Assembly: GCA_000320545.1 (NCBI GenBank)
Contig: ADNK01000002.1
Location: 1 to 64,000, forward strand
DNA length: 64,000 nucleotides
Direction of reading: 5' to 3'
DNA from: Bigelowiella natans CCMP2755
Lineage: Eukaryota > Protista > Cercozoa
Both the position numbers and the translations under genes were made by a program. Below, piece by piece: positions 23,950 to 38,785 of the stretch; position 1 is the first letter of the stretch, and each line of letters opens with the position of its first letter. Under the pieces are notes generated by a model. The model was not told where the DNA came from, did no database searches, and saw only the letters and a list, made by a program, of their open reading frames with translations.

Positions 23950-24179
23950 CCTAGTGCTATAACAACACCATCGAACTAGCTCAGCTCATACAGCATGAAA
24001 TTGAACCATCATCATGCATGCATCGATCTTGGCGGGTAGCACCCGTCTACCCGTTAACGGCGCCCATCTGGACATAGCTAGATAGTTAGATAAATGCTAG
24101 AGTGCTACACTACGTACACTAGTACACATTGAATGCAGCTTGCTGCACAGACATTGCTATCTAGCTAGCAAGCTATGCC

Positions 24180-25060
24180 TTAAGGAGCGCTTGACCATTT
24201 CCAAAGAACTTCTCTATCTTTTCTCCAGTAAAATACTCGCAAGCCTCTATGAAGTTCGCAAAAATGGAACATATTTTGATGTTTTTCTGGATTAGGACTT
24301 CGACCTTAATGAGGAGGGTATTTATCACTTTAAACGATGAGTTTCGGGGCAAAGTATGTCAATTATACCTTTGATTCTATATTTCTTATTCTTTTGAAAA
24401 CAGCAAAGAGTGGCAAATAGCTCGAGAATAAAATTGTAATCTCCTCGATACAATAACTCTGGATAGACTTTATGGCAAATTCGTGAAGCTTTTTCAAATG
24501 GTCACTGCCATATTTTTTAAGAATGTCAAAAATATTGAAGATGGGTATTGTGACGTTCATTGTACCTTAATCGCTGGCACAATATAATGATTAAATATAG
24601 ATCGCTTGACATCATCACGATTGTAGGGTGTGAGCTAAGAATGTAATTTCCAGAGCGTAGGGGTCGTATGAACACTTCCCAAAACTTTGACAGCAATTTA
24701 TTGTACTCTACCTGAAAACAAACGAAAATAAGTTCACACTGTATTTGTAATTTCCAGTAATTTGTTCACAAGGCACGGTACTTACCGCTGCCTTCGTCAA
24801 TTTCTGGAGTGCTGCAGCCCAAGGTCTACTAGCCTTGCTTCCGGAAGATAAATTATCGCATGACTTCTTCAGTTTTGTTTCAAAGATGTTTTTTCGTTGA
24901 AATTTTTGACATGGCACCTCCTTCAACGCTTGTTCTGCCATTACTTATCACTTTGTGTTTGTTGAAGTTTTTTTAATAAGAGCGATAAATTATGTGTTGT
25001 TAGGGAAGATAGTGTGCTTCTTACCCAGATCAAGGTCTTCTACGAGCATGTGATAACTTC
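24180..25060 (-). CDS. Hypothetical protein, multi-exon (5' end uncertain)
   Basis: Protein-like segments around 24941-24785, 24560-24370 and 24310-24180 with GT/AG boundaries; no recognised domain. Confidence 0.35.
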
Positions 25061-25748
25061 AACCATGCCGATTGTTCTACCCGGTGGTACGTTCTTTTCC
25101 GCGCTACATATCGTTTTGCGTACGACAACAAAAATGGAAATATTTTAACAAAAATCCCATGCAATCTAAAGAGGGAATGCAACTGTCACTGCTTGGTAAC
25201 TGCCGTTAAAAGAAGCCAGCATCTCAAGGGTTGTCAGCTGTCATCCAGAAAAACTCTTCGAAACTCCCATTTGTTGTTGTTGTTATTATTATTGTTGTTG
25301 TTGTTGTTGCTATTGTGTCCAATAATTTCCGATAATAAGTGGTTATAATACTAACTAGCATGGTCATTCATCATCGGGAATATATGCTAATAATATATTC
25401 TAATAACAATAATAATAATAATAATAACAACATTTATTTCTCAACGAACTAGGACCATGAGGATGGTCATCAATCATCCATCATCATCATGGTGCTGCAA
25501 TTAACTTAAAACTCATCTACCAACCTAACCTATCCTCCTCCTCTCCCCCCCTCTCCCTCCACCTTACGCCCATCATCTTGCTGCTACCATAGTTAGCTTG
25601 AGAAGGAAAGAATGTGTTGAGAAGAACGGGGAGCCGAAGAAAGATCGACTATCATCCAGCTAGGGGAGTAAAAGAAGAAGGAAGAAGAAGAAGAAGAAGA
25701 AAAAGGACACAAGGCGTTGGAAAATTCATTCGTTAGCCTGACGCAATC

Positions 25749-26791
25749 ATGGCTACCTATCTGCTGCAAAGCTTTTTGGTGTTCATCATTCTCCTTTCGT
25801 ATTTGCAAATTCGGCAAACGAAGACTCTTTCCTCGCCGATAAAAGTACTTCCAGCAGCAAGAAATATGGTTAGGGGAAGGCGCTCCTTTCTTACTCGGTG
25901 CGAAGAAGACGGTGGGGTGTTTCAAACACTTCGAGCAAAGCAATTTTCTAAGCCCCAGGTCTGGTAACTACTCGGAAGGCTTTGCTCTTTGCTGATACAT
26001 TATCGAATTACTAATTTAAACTTCATATGTAATTTTAAACTACTTACCAATTTGGCGAGTAGGGTTTCTATCGATTCCTTTGAATACATAACAATTTGGC
26101 CTGGAGGTTTCTGTCGATTCCCTGATCAGAAGAGAGAATATCAGAAGAGAAAATTTATCAAACGTTTGATTTCCCCTCCCTGCAATATGTAGAAGCAGCT
26201 ACTCTCATAACTTTGCATTCTTCATCGAAATTATCCAAAACACAGATTCGAAAGCTGAGGGCATTGTCACAGCGTCTCAAGGCTAACAAAACTATGCCGC
26301 GCATTACGGTTCTTCACAGCAACAACCAATTATGATGATGAAAATTTCTTTCCAAATGGTCACTCAGTGGTAGATAGATGGTGGAAACGTATTATCCTTC
26401 ATTCTTCCTTATAACAATAGGTTCATGGATCCAGTATTGACACGTGGGATATCCAACGACTGTCTTCAGCGATGAGAGGCAGCAGCAGCAAAAGCGGCAG
26501 CGGCTGTCAATTCATTAGTGTCAAATTTGGCGACTTGCAAGGGGTTCGTAATTCAAAGAAATAACACTGATCCAATTTTTTTTGTCATTCATTATATGTT
26601 ACACGACGTTATAATTTACATGTTTCAACGACGTTTTACTTTGTTAGAAGCAGACCGTGAGAAAGGCTGCTGAGCTTCTCGCATGTACTTTAGACGCTGA
26701 CATAGTACAAGTAATCGGGCATACTACGGTGTTGTGTCATGGCATTACCCCCAATGACAGCAGTTTACTTGAAGATTCTAAACCGTGGTAA
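25749..26791 (+). CDS. CRM/YhbY (CRS1-like) RNA-binding protein, probably plastid-targeted
   Basis: Signal peptide MATYLLQSFLVFIILLSYL and a basic transit-like segment; later exons IRKLRALSQRLK..., QFISVKF, RKAAELLACTLDADIVQVIGHTTVL (CRM QVIGxTxVL signature); TAA at 26789-26791. Confidence 0.75.
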
Positions 26792-27820
26792 TTAAGTTCT
26801 CGCGTTACATAGATTTGATCAATGTGTGATTTACATTGTGTGTAGAACACATCAAAAGGACTAACTATGTTTCCCTATCAATAAAACGTTGCGATGATGT
26901 CCAGCACGTAAATGCATCCAATGCATTTGTAGATTGACGCATGGTCTGCATCGCATCAGCACACAGAAACGAAATGTGTGAGTCTCCCTTTCTAGCTTTG
27001 AGCGCAATGAACTTGTTGGCATATTATGCATTGCGTGAAGTGCACGCACGTTTGCATGTATACGGTGTGAAAGGTGATCAGTGCGAGATGCGATGAATCG
27101 ATCACTCAGTGCTTGCATGCACGCCACTGAACCAGCATGCACGCGCGCGAAACCGCTGGTAGCAGTGGCGTGGCTTGCATCATTCACAGCGGCGGTGCAA
27201 ACAGCACGCAATCAACGCACATCCACGCGTGCTTGCGAAGCGCAATGGAATTATTGGACACAATACAGTGACATCATGTTCATGTCATGCCAGCATGTGT
27301 GGTACGGTGTTGCATGTCTGTGATGTTTCAATGAACAATGAACAATGAACAAAGCATTGATGCAAACACTGCATGAAAAAGAACCACATGGGAGACATGC
27401 ATGAACTGTGACAGCAGCACCTCATCAAAAATCATTGCGAGGAGGGAGCTGCGATGCCTTCCCTTCTCCAACAAAGGGGGCCAATCATCAAAAGCGGCAT
27501 TGGCCATTGCCGTGAGGGCGTTGGGCAGGGATGACTCTGCGACACGTTCACTGCACGATGCAGGCTCATGTCGTTAGCCTGCAATAATACTAGCAGCATT
27601 CTTGATCGTTGTATGTAGACATAGTAGCCATGGAAATGAAAATGTGAAATATGTTCAATACTGGCGCGTAGCACCGATCTCTCCCACTTCTGATTCTATC
27701 TCTGATCTGGGAATGGATAAGCTGGAGTAAAAGTTTTGGGGTAGTTGAGCGAAAACTTGTCCATATGTGCCTTAAGTATAGCAGACATAGGTAAAATATT
27801 TTTCACATCATACAGCATCT

Positions 27821-29133
27821 CTAGATGTATCTAGGTATTGGGATTCCCTCCAAATATGTGTTGTGTTCGGTCTGTCTTTTACTCCTACTTTGTATTGTTT
27901 ACTACCTGCTCTACGCCGCCAAGTCGCTTCAAACGTACATATGCAGCAGTTCCTGTAGGTAGAAAATAATAATGACAAAGCAAAATATTGTCATGCCGAT
28001 GATAAATCATGTATGATGATGATACAATCTATCACTGCCATAACTAGTGAAGATTAGGAATGAGAATCCTTACTACACAACTACTAGTTGAACTACAGCT
28101 ACAACTGTGATTATGGTCATCAACATCATCATCATAATCATCATCATATGCAGCAGTAGGAGGAGCAATAATATCATTACATCCACCAGCACCATCATCA
28201 TCATCATCATCATACCTATCCCTGCAAGTGAGCAAACTTCCAAATCACCACCTAAGGGTAGCAGCAGCAGCAGTAGTACCAACACCAGCAGGTAGGTCGG
28301 GGAGAGAAGAAATATCATATCATATTTGCAGTACTCATAGTACAACAAACATGGGCATCATGGGCATCATCATGGGCATCATCATCATCATCATCATCAT
28401 CATCAAGATCGTTGGAAGAGATAGCAACAGGAGATGCAGCAGAAAGCAAGATAATTCATTCCTTTGTCTAGTAATAGACCACATATTTATTTTTAAGCGC
28501 CACTACTGGAACTACTACTACTACTACTACTACTACCAAAAAAACGAGCATATAATCTTGATAATGGCAATCCGAATCCCATCCCTGCATCATGCATTCA
28601 TCCATTGATTCATTCATTGATTCATCATCACATTCATCACCATCACTGGTTGCTATGATAGTAGTTGACAAGAGCAGAAGAATGATGATGATGACGATGA
28701 TGATTATAATCATGATCATGTTACTGCTCAGAGAGTAGTAGTAGTAGTAGCAGTAACAGTAGCACTAGCAGTAGTAGTAGTAGGTGGGTGTGGTGCACAA
28801 ATACAAACAGATACACGATGGAACAAAAAGCAGCTCATTGACAATCAAGCCATCACACAGCATCTTCTTCTTAAGTGCAACTATCATCATCTTCATCACC
28901 TGCTAATATGCCATCACGGCGATGATTAGCGTATCCGTATTGATCATCCTTTCAAGTAGTAGCAGCAATAAGTAGCACATGATGATATGAATATCAATAA
29001 AATTTTGTATTTTTGCTACTACTACTACTACTACAACAACAACTACTACTACTACTACTATTATTACCGCTTTAACTCCCTCTGCAGATGAATGAGTATA
29101 CCTATAAGCAGCATCAGTAAGTAGTAGCAACAA

Positions 29134-29171
<38 letters not shown>

Positions 29172-30273
29172 TTGATGGTGGAGGGGTATGAGAAGTAGAA
29201 TTGCAAGCTGCTGCTGCTATTTGGTTGGTTGGTTGGTGGGTAAACAACGTTATAAACTTATTTGTATGTATGTTTTGAGCTACATGCTATCTTGCTACTG
29301 CTGCTATACTGCCAACAAACAAACGAATGCCATACAGAACAAATATCTCTATCTTCTCCTCCTCCTCCTCCTCCTCCTTCTACTTTTGTTCATTCCACAT
29401 TTACATTGCTCCTATTCTCAAATTATTGGTCCTCTCTACTACTGTCAAGAAACGACTGAGCAACACTACTTTTCGTATAACATATTACTACTTACTTCCA
29501 AACATCTGGCATTTTGGATGAAGGTATTCCTAGACGATCATATATAGATATTCGGTCGTTAGCAGCCTATTTCCACCTCCCCATCCATGATATCAACAGC
29601 ATGGTGTTGTGTCAAAAGTAGTAGTAGTAGTAGCAGTAGTAGTTAGTAGCAGTAGCAGTTAGTAGCAGCAATGATTGCGTATTATCACTGGTACCTCCTC
29701 CTCTATCCCGAACCATTATTACTACATCCTAAGAATGATGCAACAAGAACAACAACAACAACAACAACAATAATAAGCAAGAATAAATAGTGGAAGAACA
29801 AATAGAAAAAGAAGAGGCATACAACATTAAATATGCATCATCATCATCATTATCACCATCAAATCGTAGCATAAGAAGTAGTAGTAGTAGCAGCAGCAGC
29901 TTTAGCTTTGTTGTAGAAGAAGGTATAGGTAGTCGTTTTATTATTAGTCATTAATAGAATACCTCATCTTCCTTAGAAGAACCGATGACAACCTAAAAAA
30001 TAACAGCAGCAGCAACAACAACAACCAAAACAACGACAATGATGATCAACACGACAACAATCAGGAGAAGGAAACAACATAGACCGTAATTATTGATTGA
30101 TACCACCATCACCATCATGAATGAATGTATGAATGAATGAATGAAAAGCAAAAATATAGGATACAATACCCTATGGTTGCAAACACAGTAATACTACTAC
30201 CACTACTACCTCAACGGGGGGAATTTGGAAGTTTAGATCGTCTTGAAACTAGATGTTGGAAATACGCGACGAC

Positions 30274-30313
<40 letters not shown>

Positions 30314-31355
30314 ATACATGCATGGAGTGCGTAAAGCAGACTTAGTGGTACTAAATAGTAGAAGCAGCGCCAATAGCAATAGCTATAGCAATAGCAGGGG
30401 GATAATACAAAATACTACGTGATGAGATAGAAAGAGAGAAAGAAGAACCATAAGTTGTTGTTGTTTATGCAATGGCAAATAATGATAATGAAATACTCCT
30501 CTTCCTCCTCCCTCTGATTATCATTATCATTATCATCATCATATCCCCAGCATAACCCTCCTCCCTTGTAACAACAATTATCACCTGATTTGAGTGCTCT
30601 ACTTGTGCTCGAAATGAGTTTTTCAACAATTCAACCCTACAGAAGAACAACAAGAACAACAAGAACCATGCAGTGATAATATTTAAAACCATCATCATCA
30701 TCACCATCATTGTAAGTAGCAGTAGCAGCACCATCGGCTAGATCGTCATGACCAACCACCATCATCTTCTTCTTCTTCTTCTTCTTCTTGTAATTCTTCT
30801 CATTATGTGCTATTGCTAGTGGTGGTGGTGTCATCCTCATCGATCATCGTGGTGCTATTATTATTATTAGTTAATATTATTATTATGAAATATTATTTAT
30901 GCAATTATTACGCAATATAGTGAATGTGAGCTGGAATATAGGGCAAAGTCACATCGATGTGTCCTTTCACGATAAATCTGATGATTGATTGATTGACGTG
31001 TTCTTGCACGAAACAGCACATGCTACTACTGCTGCTGCTGTCTCCATGGTCCACATTTAAGCAGCATCACGCACGCTACTATGCTCATAATTGAAACTAT
31101 ATGCCATCCCTCCCCCAATCTCTAGATTTAACCACACTATTCCTTTTCATACGTTGCTCGTATAATTTGATTAGAATACTCTAAGAACACATCTGCTTGC
31201 ACACATGCACTACACATATAGATATATCTACCATACATACATACATACTACGAACCCAGGTGTTGTTCCTAACTCCTTTTCGCACATTAGGCGAACATTC
31301 TCTGCCGCATCTAAAAATATCTGATGATGAATCACACCAATATCCACACACGCAC

Positions 31356-31386
<31 letters not shown>

Positions 31387-31827
31387 CAGTAGAAGAGGAA
31401 CGAATGCAATTAACATTGTTGATGTTGTTGTTATTATGACCAGCTGTTCAACGATCTATTATGTGTTGTTGTTGTTGTTATAATTGTTGTTGTTGTTGTT
31501 GTTGTCTCTTCGTCGCCCACTGTACACTAGCTCGCTTGTAGTAGCGATGATCTTTATCCCAACAACCAATCATTATTCTTACTATTCTTGTCACTCTTAT
31601 TGTGGTTGTGGTTGTTGTTGTTGTTGTTGTTTTCCGACTTTTTCTTCCCCTCTGGTTATTCATCACGAGTGGGAACTGTTTCTACTATTTCTACTACTAC
31701 TACTACTACTACTACTACATCATTACTATCATTATTATAGCACCCTTTTGGGGCTGCAGTTAACTTGGAGTGCCCCGACATACCTATAATGATGATGATG
31801 ATAATAATAATAATAATAATACAAATC

Positions 31828-31860
<33 letters not shown>

Positions 31861-31995
31861 TTGATAAGAATTTTGGAGAAGCAGCAGCACCCTTCTCGTT
31901 TTCCTTCGATAAGATCTTGATGCAGTTCTAGGTGCTGCGATGTGAGCACTGATGTCCTGTAGCATACATACAGTAGTAGCAGTAGTAGTAGTAGT

Positions 31996-32030
<35 letters not shown>

Positions 32031-32652
32031 CGTTGTCGTTGTTGTTGTTGTTGTCGTTGTTATTGTTTCGTGTGTTGATGCACTACTACTCCTTGTTATC
32101 TACCCGATGCGAGCTGTGAGGAATCGATCCAGTAAATCATGGAGATACTGTTCTTCTCTGAAGAAAATGGATGATGATGTTGGTGGTAAAGATGTTTGTT
32201 CAAAGACTACAAAAATAACAAAATAAGAAACAATGATGATATAAGCAGAAGAGTGTCCTTAAAAATCTTGTAATCAATGACGAAAAAGTGAGAGAGAATA
32301 ACGTGAGAAAGAACAACAGCACCACAGCAGCAGCACCACCACCATCATCCCATTCTACCAGCGGAACAAGTAAAACAGCAGAAGCTCAAGAAGAAGGAGA
32401 AGAAGAAGAAGAAGAAGAAGGTGAAGGATCACATTATGTGTCGTAAGTCAGTTGTGAGTTGGTATTGTTATTATTACCTTGTTGACATTCCTCTTTTATT
32501 CTTTAACTCGTGAACACCTTTCATCAATCATCAATGCTTCAAGAACGAATGATTAAAATGATGATGATGATGATGATTGATGCTAATAATATTACACACA
32601 ATCTTAAGATAGTGGTAGACGAAGAAGCAACAACAGCACATGTGTATTTTTG

Positions 32653-32694
<42 letters not shown>

Positions 32695-33255
32695 AGCACA
32701 TAATCTAATGTAGCATATATGCTGCTGTAGCAATTAAAAAGTCATATCTGTGGTTTATTCTTCGCTTCTTGTTCTTCGCGTATTCTCTTTACTACTACTA
32801 CTAGTACAAACTAGCACCTTCAGATAAGAGGGGAATTACTTATTGCTACTACTACTACTAGAACAAACTAGCACCTTCAGATAAGAGGGGAATTACTTTC
32901 GCTAATCTGTCCTTGTGTTGTGTCAAAATCTGACAAGAGAGAGAGACAGAGAGAGAGAGAATATATTGTTGATTGGGAAGGAGGAAGAACGAAGGGATAA
33001 TGAGGCAGCTACGTAGTAGATGATTTAATATCGAGCTACTGTTGGAAAAAGTAGTATTCTCATCATTATTATTTTTATTGGTAGTAGAAATAGTAATGGT
33101 AGTAGTAGTGGTAGTAGTGGTAGTAATACGTAGCAACAACCCGGCGTAGTTGTATTGCATCATCTGTGGAATCGGGTTCATCGATCGATCGAAGGTCCAT
33201 GAAACATTGTAAATACCTGGTGCCAGATAGATCATGTATAATTAACAGAGATACG

Positions 33256-33339
<84 letters not shown>

Positions 33340-33655
33340 GTTTCTGAAATTAGCTTGAAAGATTTCGTTTTGATCCATGATGGTGCCAGTTCGAATTCCT
33401 TCGCCCGAACCTTATTGATACCAAACAATATATAATATTGAGTGCTGCATGGCTATATAGGGTTGGTGCTGGCATCACACATAATTTGAATAAAAAGATA
33501 TATGTGCACACATCAGTGTTAATACTACCGCATATCGTACTGGCAACTCCCTGTACAGAAACTTAGCAGAGTTTACAATGGTATCCTGAACAGAACAACT
33601 AACATTAAAACGATAGAAACCAATCACAAAGAGAAATGCATAAATACACACACAA

Positions 33656-33734
<79 letters not shown>

Positions 33735-34247
33735 AATATATCTATACAATGTAACATCACGTGACGCTTGAGTGAATGCCGTTATTAAATCAGATACAAA
33801 TTATCTTACCGAATCCGGATCCATCCCAAACTTAATCATCATATCGATGCTTTAAATAAATGTAAAAAGTTGTTCAGAGGCCGCCAATAGCGTCGCTTTT
33901 TCGTTATAATAGCATAATCATTATCATCATTATCATCATCATCGTGTGTATCATTTATCCTTATCTTCCTATGTCCTACAACCGAACATCATACAACGTA
34001 TAAGCAAAAGGAATGCTGGTTCTTTCTTATGTTACCTGACACTAGTCTGTCTTATCCCTGCTAATTGTGTTGCTTCTGCTAGAAGTAGTTCTTCAAATCT
34101 CCGTTTCGTTATTGACACCATCTGCATCTTACTATTTTTGTTTAGCGTCGATGATGTGCTCATAGATTTGATCAAGTGGTGGTAGCAGGTTTGACGCCGA
34201 GGAGGGGCCTTCCTTGCCACTCTCAACAACGATGTGTTGCATCTCAT
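27821..34247 (-). CDS. PDK: Mitochondrial pyruvate dehydrogenase kinase / BCKD kinase family protein, many small exons
   Basis: Presequence-like MRCNTSLLRVARK; SAKFLYRELPVR; LLDRFLTARIG; YVGALQVNCSP; YIPAHIHYI; ELLKNSFRA; GMGFGLPLSRLYAR; GGDLEVCSLAGIG; GTAAYVRLKRL. Confidence 0.9.
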
Positions 34248-34619
34248 GTTGGTGGTGAGCGATCAGTTTGTTCAGAGGAAGGCGCTCGTAGCCAATTACT
34301 TTTGATCATTTCTGAACTGGATGTTTATCGTATAAGAACAATCATATTCTAAATTGAATTCAACAACAAATAAAACAACTCTTTACGCATATGATAATCT
34401 ATCGGAGTAGATCTAGTGTTATTACTATCTTTTAAGTTCAACGATTCGATATGGTCCAAATAAGGCTAAATTGCACAAATTTCGTTGTCGCTACATATAA
34501 ATCATCTTAATTTTAAGGGGACGAAAAATTCTTCGTAGGATTTTTCCTTTGTTCATAAATGCCTCATAGAGGTTACCCAAATCCAGTCGGCTGCCCTGTC
34601 CAAGCATCCTTTGATAGTC

Positions 34620-35621
34620 ATGGCAACGTCTTGGATCATCTCTAATTCTCTCAAGGTAGTCATTTCTCATTTCAAGAATCTAACTGAAAATTTATTCTCT
34701 TTTCAATCGAAGAGCTGCTTCGCTGGTGCATCTATTGGATTCGGAGTTTACCAGATTGTAGAGAGCGCGGGTGGGGGTGCACGTATAAGTCCCCCACGGA
34801 CGATAGCAAGGTAGTGATATTCACATAAACGAAAAAATATTTATTATGATTCAAAATTTACTTCAGAGCAGCGTTCATAAATTCAGGATTGCTGCTTTTC
34901 ATATTCTTGGTAATTTTATTGCAACATTCCGAGTTTGAGAGATGTGAGCTGTCGTTTGCAGACTTATCATTGCCCGGTTGACATGGGATGGCGTTCTGCC
35001 CTCACAGCAGACACATTCTTACGAGTAACAATTCAATTTTTATTTATATCATGTCCGATATTCACCAGTGATTTTCCCCAAAATTGTTAGACCTCCTTGA
35101 TACTGCTTGGACTGGTATTCTTATTGATGTTTAAACTTTGTATAACATTGCTATCTTTTATCGCATAGTTTCTTGGCAAATAGATGAAGGAAATATATCG
35201 CCTCGAATGAAAAATAAGATTACTTATGTTAATAATTAATTCAGTACATCCTGTACGTTCTCTCGGTAGCAAATTACAAGGCAGTAAATCTTGTGAAAAT
35301 AATCCCAAAATGGGCCGAAAGAAATTTATTAATAGGTATAATCATCATTATTTCTCAAGATCAAAAACTTTAATTTCACACTTATTTTTATGGATTCAGG
35401 ATCTGCAATATTAATTGCAGTAATGTCTTCCTCATACGTGGCAATCATGATTTTGGATAAATTGTGGCTAAATGGAATTCGTAATATTGGCACCGCCCTT
35501 GTAATATGTTATGAAGGTCATAAGATATCTTATCGACTCTAATATCACTCGAGATTTTTTGATACCATAGAGGATTGATCATCTTCACCTCCTTTATAGT
35601 GAATGAGAGGGGGGGAGAGAT

Positions 35622-35682
<61 letters not shown>

Positions 35683-36895
35683 GAGGATGTGCCAGTTTCT
35701 AATTTTGATTGTTGCACTCGATCCAATGTATAATCTCATGATATCATCGTATGGGTTGGATGTATTACTTGATTATTCAGCGGGCTACATTCTATACTGT
35801 ATGAGTAACCTTCGTAGAATGGTGATGAAATCGGAAGAAAATATGCTTGTGCGCTTGGGTACATTAACCCCAAAGTCAGCTCGGTCAATGCAGCATCAAA
35901 ATCAAGTTAAAGGAAAAATTGAAGATGGGATGAATGAAAAAGGAAAATGTCAAGAAGATGATGATTGTAAAGTAATGGGGAAGGGTACTACCTCTTTGGT
36001 GGTAGGATCATTGAGAACCACCACAAGTGAAGATAATGATCACGTAACAGCAACCAAACGTGCTGCTGCAAAGGATGATAACAATAATGTCGATGGTGGT
36101 CCAAAGACACTAAAAAATCAACATGATCAACATAACTACTCCAACACTGAGCTTCTATCTTCTGTTGCTCAAGCAGGAGTTTCAAAGTGGTCTAATATTT
36201 CGCAATCCCCAGCAGATAAGGTGGAAAACGTCAAAAATGTTTTATTTACGCAGAATGAGAGTTTTTGTTCTACGGACGACACAATTGCTCCAATATCATT
36301 GGTGCAGAGTATTGCAGAAACTACATCTGGAGCATCGGCCCTCATGTTTCACCGTTTCAATCAGCAGAAAATAACTATGGAACTTCAGTACAGCGTTTCA
36401 AATGTTGCTATCAATCCCATTGCTCAGAACGACCAAAAATCTGACCTGGAAGCTCCGTCAGCCTTAAATCATAATGCTTATAGTTCCACAGAAGGAAAAA
36501 CTTCAAATAATGGTGGGAAACACAACCCCTTGTTTTGGATGATGTCTAAACACAACTTCAGGAGCTCCCACTCTGAGCGTTTAAGTGACCATCAGAAGAT
36601 AAAGAAAATGTGGTTCACCGTTGTGAAAACAAAACTTACCCGTTTAATCGTCTCCGGAGCCTTAATAGCATCATTTATTGTCGGTATCCTATTGTTCATC
36701 ACTTCCAATCACCTGCAAAACCGTAAACAAAGTTGGTCGAAATCATACGATGCTGAACGAGACAGTTACAACATCGGCACAGACATTGGCTTCTGGGGAA
36801 TGTTGCTCATAAACTGTTACATGCAATTTTATTCTGCCTACAGAAAACCGAGCCCACGTTCCAATGTGCCAGCCCTGATTCCATCCCCTGGATGA
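34620..36895 (+). CDS. Hypothetical multipass membrane protein with a long cytosolic loop
   Basis: Short hydrophobic exons followed by a ~400-codon last exon with hydrophobic helices flanking a long polar loop; 5' structure uncertain. Confidence 0.55.
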
Positions 36896-37487
36896 CGAAA
36901 GAATTCTGATTGAATGTGGATGCTGGGAGGCAAACTTTGAAAAACACATCAGAAATTTCAAGCTTCAAAAGATGAATGGCTTTGAGTTAAATTCACAAAA
37001 TGAAGTTGATCGCAAACATTTTTGATCCATCTTGTCACATCACAACATGGTGGACATTGGAACTTTGTGCAATGCTGCATTTGCACAATTGATGCTCTGC
37101 TGCAATGTTCATGTTGGATGGCGCATGCACGCGCATGTTTCGTTCACGCACTTGAAGCATTGCATTGTGATCGAACGGTGGCAGCGGAAAGTGTGCGCAG
37201 CAGGGCTAGAGGGAATGGCAGCGGCAGCAGCAATGGCAAACGATCAGATGTGTGCAATGATGAGGGTGGTTGGGACAAGTTCACTCACGCTAGCACGTGC
37301 TGTCTAGCTGTGCACGGCGGGCGAAACTGGGAGAGAGTGGGCTGCGCTGGTTGCACACGAGCTGTGGGCGAGGTTGCAGCGCCGCACTCGCGCTTACGCG
37401 CTCCATGCTCATTTTGTGCCGCTCAACGCAAAGTTGCCGCCATCACGAAAATGCATGTTTCCTTCTTTTGTGCGAACGTGCTGGCTA

Positions 37488-38035
37488 CAAGGGTTTCTCA
37501 CTCCCCTGGAATCCCGGCAGGCATGCGCGGATTCCACTCCAAACTTTCACACATGACCCCTGTGGACCATGTGAGGGCCCTAGGACCCTCAGGGAAGCAA
37601 AAAAAAATGTTTTTTGGAAAATCGAAAATGGGCAGGGCACAAACTTTGAGTGCTCCGGAAACGCCCCTGACTTCGCCTCCTTCCACAAAAACCATGCCAA
37701 AGTGACAGGTGCAAAAAGATCTTTCTTCTCTCAAATTTTCACAACTCAAAACACAAAATTGAACATTTCCGGAGCAAAATTGCGCGCGCAGGCACAATTT
37801 TTTGCAGTTTGTGGCAGGCGCAGCGAGGCGCAGCGCGGCGCAGCGGGCTCACCAGTTCATTTTTCACTGGTCAAAATTGGCACATTTCTTCTGAAATGAT
37901 TCACAGTTTCAAAATGACATGTTCAAATTCGACAGCGAGTGATGAACGAAGAAAAAGTGAGCCACGATGCACACGCGCATGGTGCATGCGTGTGTGTGTG
38001 CACGTGTGTGTGTGTGTGTGTGTTGTGTGTGCATG

Positions 38036-38069
<34 letters not shown>

Positions 38070-38108
38070 ATGTGTGTGTGTGTGCATGTGTGCATGTGTG
38101 TGTGTGTG

Positions 38109-38145
<37 letters not shown>

Positions 38146-38785
38146 GTGTGTTGTGTGTGTTGTGTGTGAACATGCAATCAAACACCACGATGCCAGCTCT
38201 GGAGGGTTGTGTGTTCCGGATCTGCACATGCATCTTGTGTGGTCAGCACACAGGCATGACTGCATGGCACACATCCTTCAAACCATCCTCCTTGCAGCTT
38301 CTCCTGATGTGACGCCATTCGTCCTTGGCAACCGAGAACGTTGCCTCAAGTTCTCCCCAAGGACATGTCTTCCCGTCCAGCCTCCTCGTCACATGTCCCC
38401 AACCGCACTTTGGCAGAGAAATCACACTGTCGTGTGCAACCACGACTCCGTTGTGTTCATGATGCACCCTCACATGACTCCCGTTCTTCAACACAAAATT
38501 CTCTGAATTTGACATGAGGGAAAGAGGGCAAGGAAGGTTGGTGTGGTGTGCTGGGGTTGGCCCCAATGAGCTCGTGTGAAAAAAAGTTGCGAGCGTCACC
38601 AGAGATTTCACGTCAATTTCGGCCAAAGAAATCCATGGATGTTCACACATGAAATTCGATTTTTCACAAGGAAATCTTCGTTTTTGGTTCAAATCCTGAA
38701 AAAAATTTCGGCTGCCGCCGAAATGAGGCACACCTTGAAAGTCCGCGCATCCCTGCCGGGATTCCCGGGGAGTGAGAAACCCTTG
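37488..38785. mobile_element. Non-autonomous hAT-type DNA transposon (~1.3 kb)
   Basis: ~45-bp TIRs CAAGGGTTTCTCACTCCCC(T/G)GGAATCCCGGCAGG(C/G)ATGCGCGGA; 8-bp TSD GCTGGCTA (37480-37487 and 38786-38793); no transposase. Confidence 0.88.
37984..38168. repeat. Interrupted (TG)n microsatellite inside the hAT element
   Basis: TG run with CA interruptions and no TA. Confidence 0.9.
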
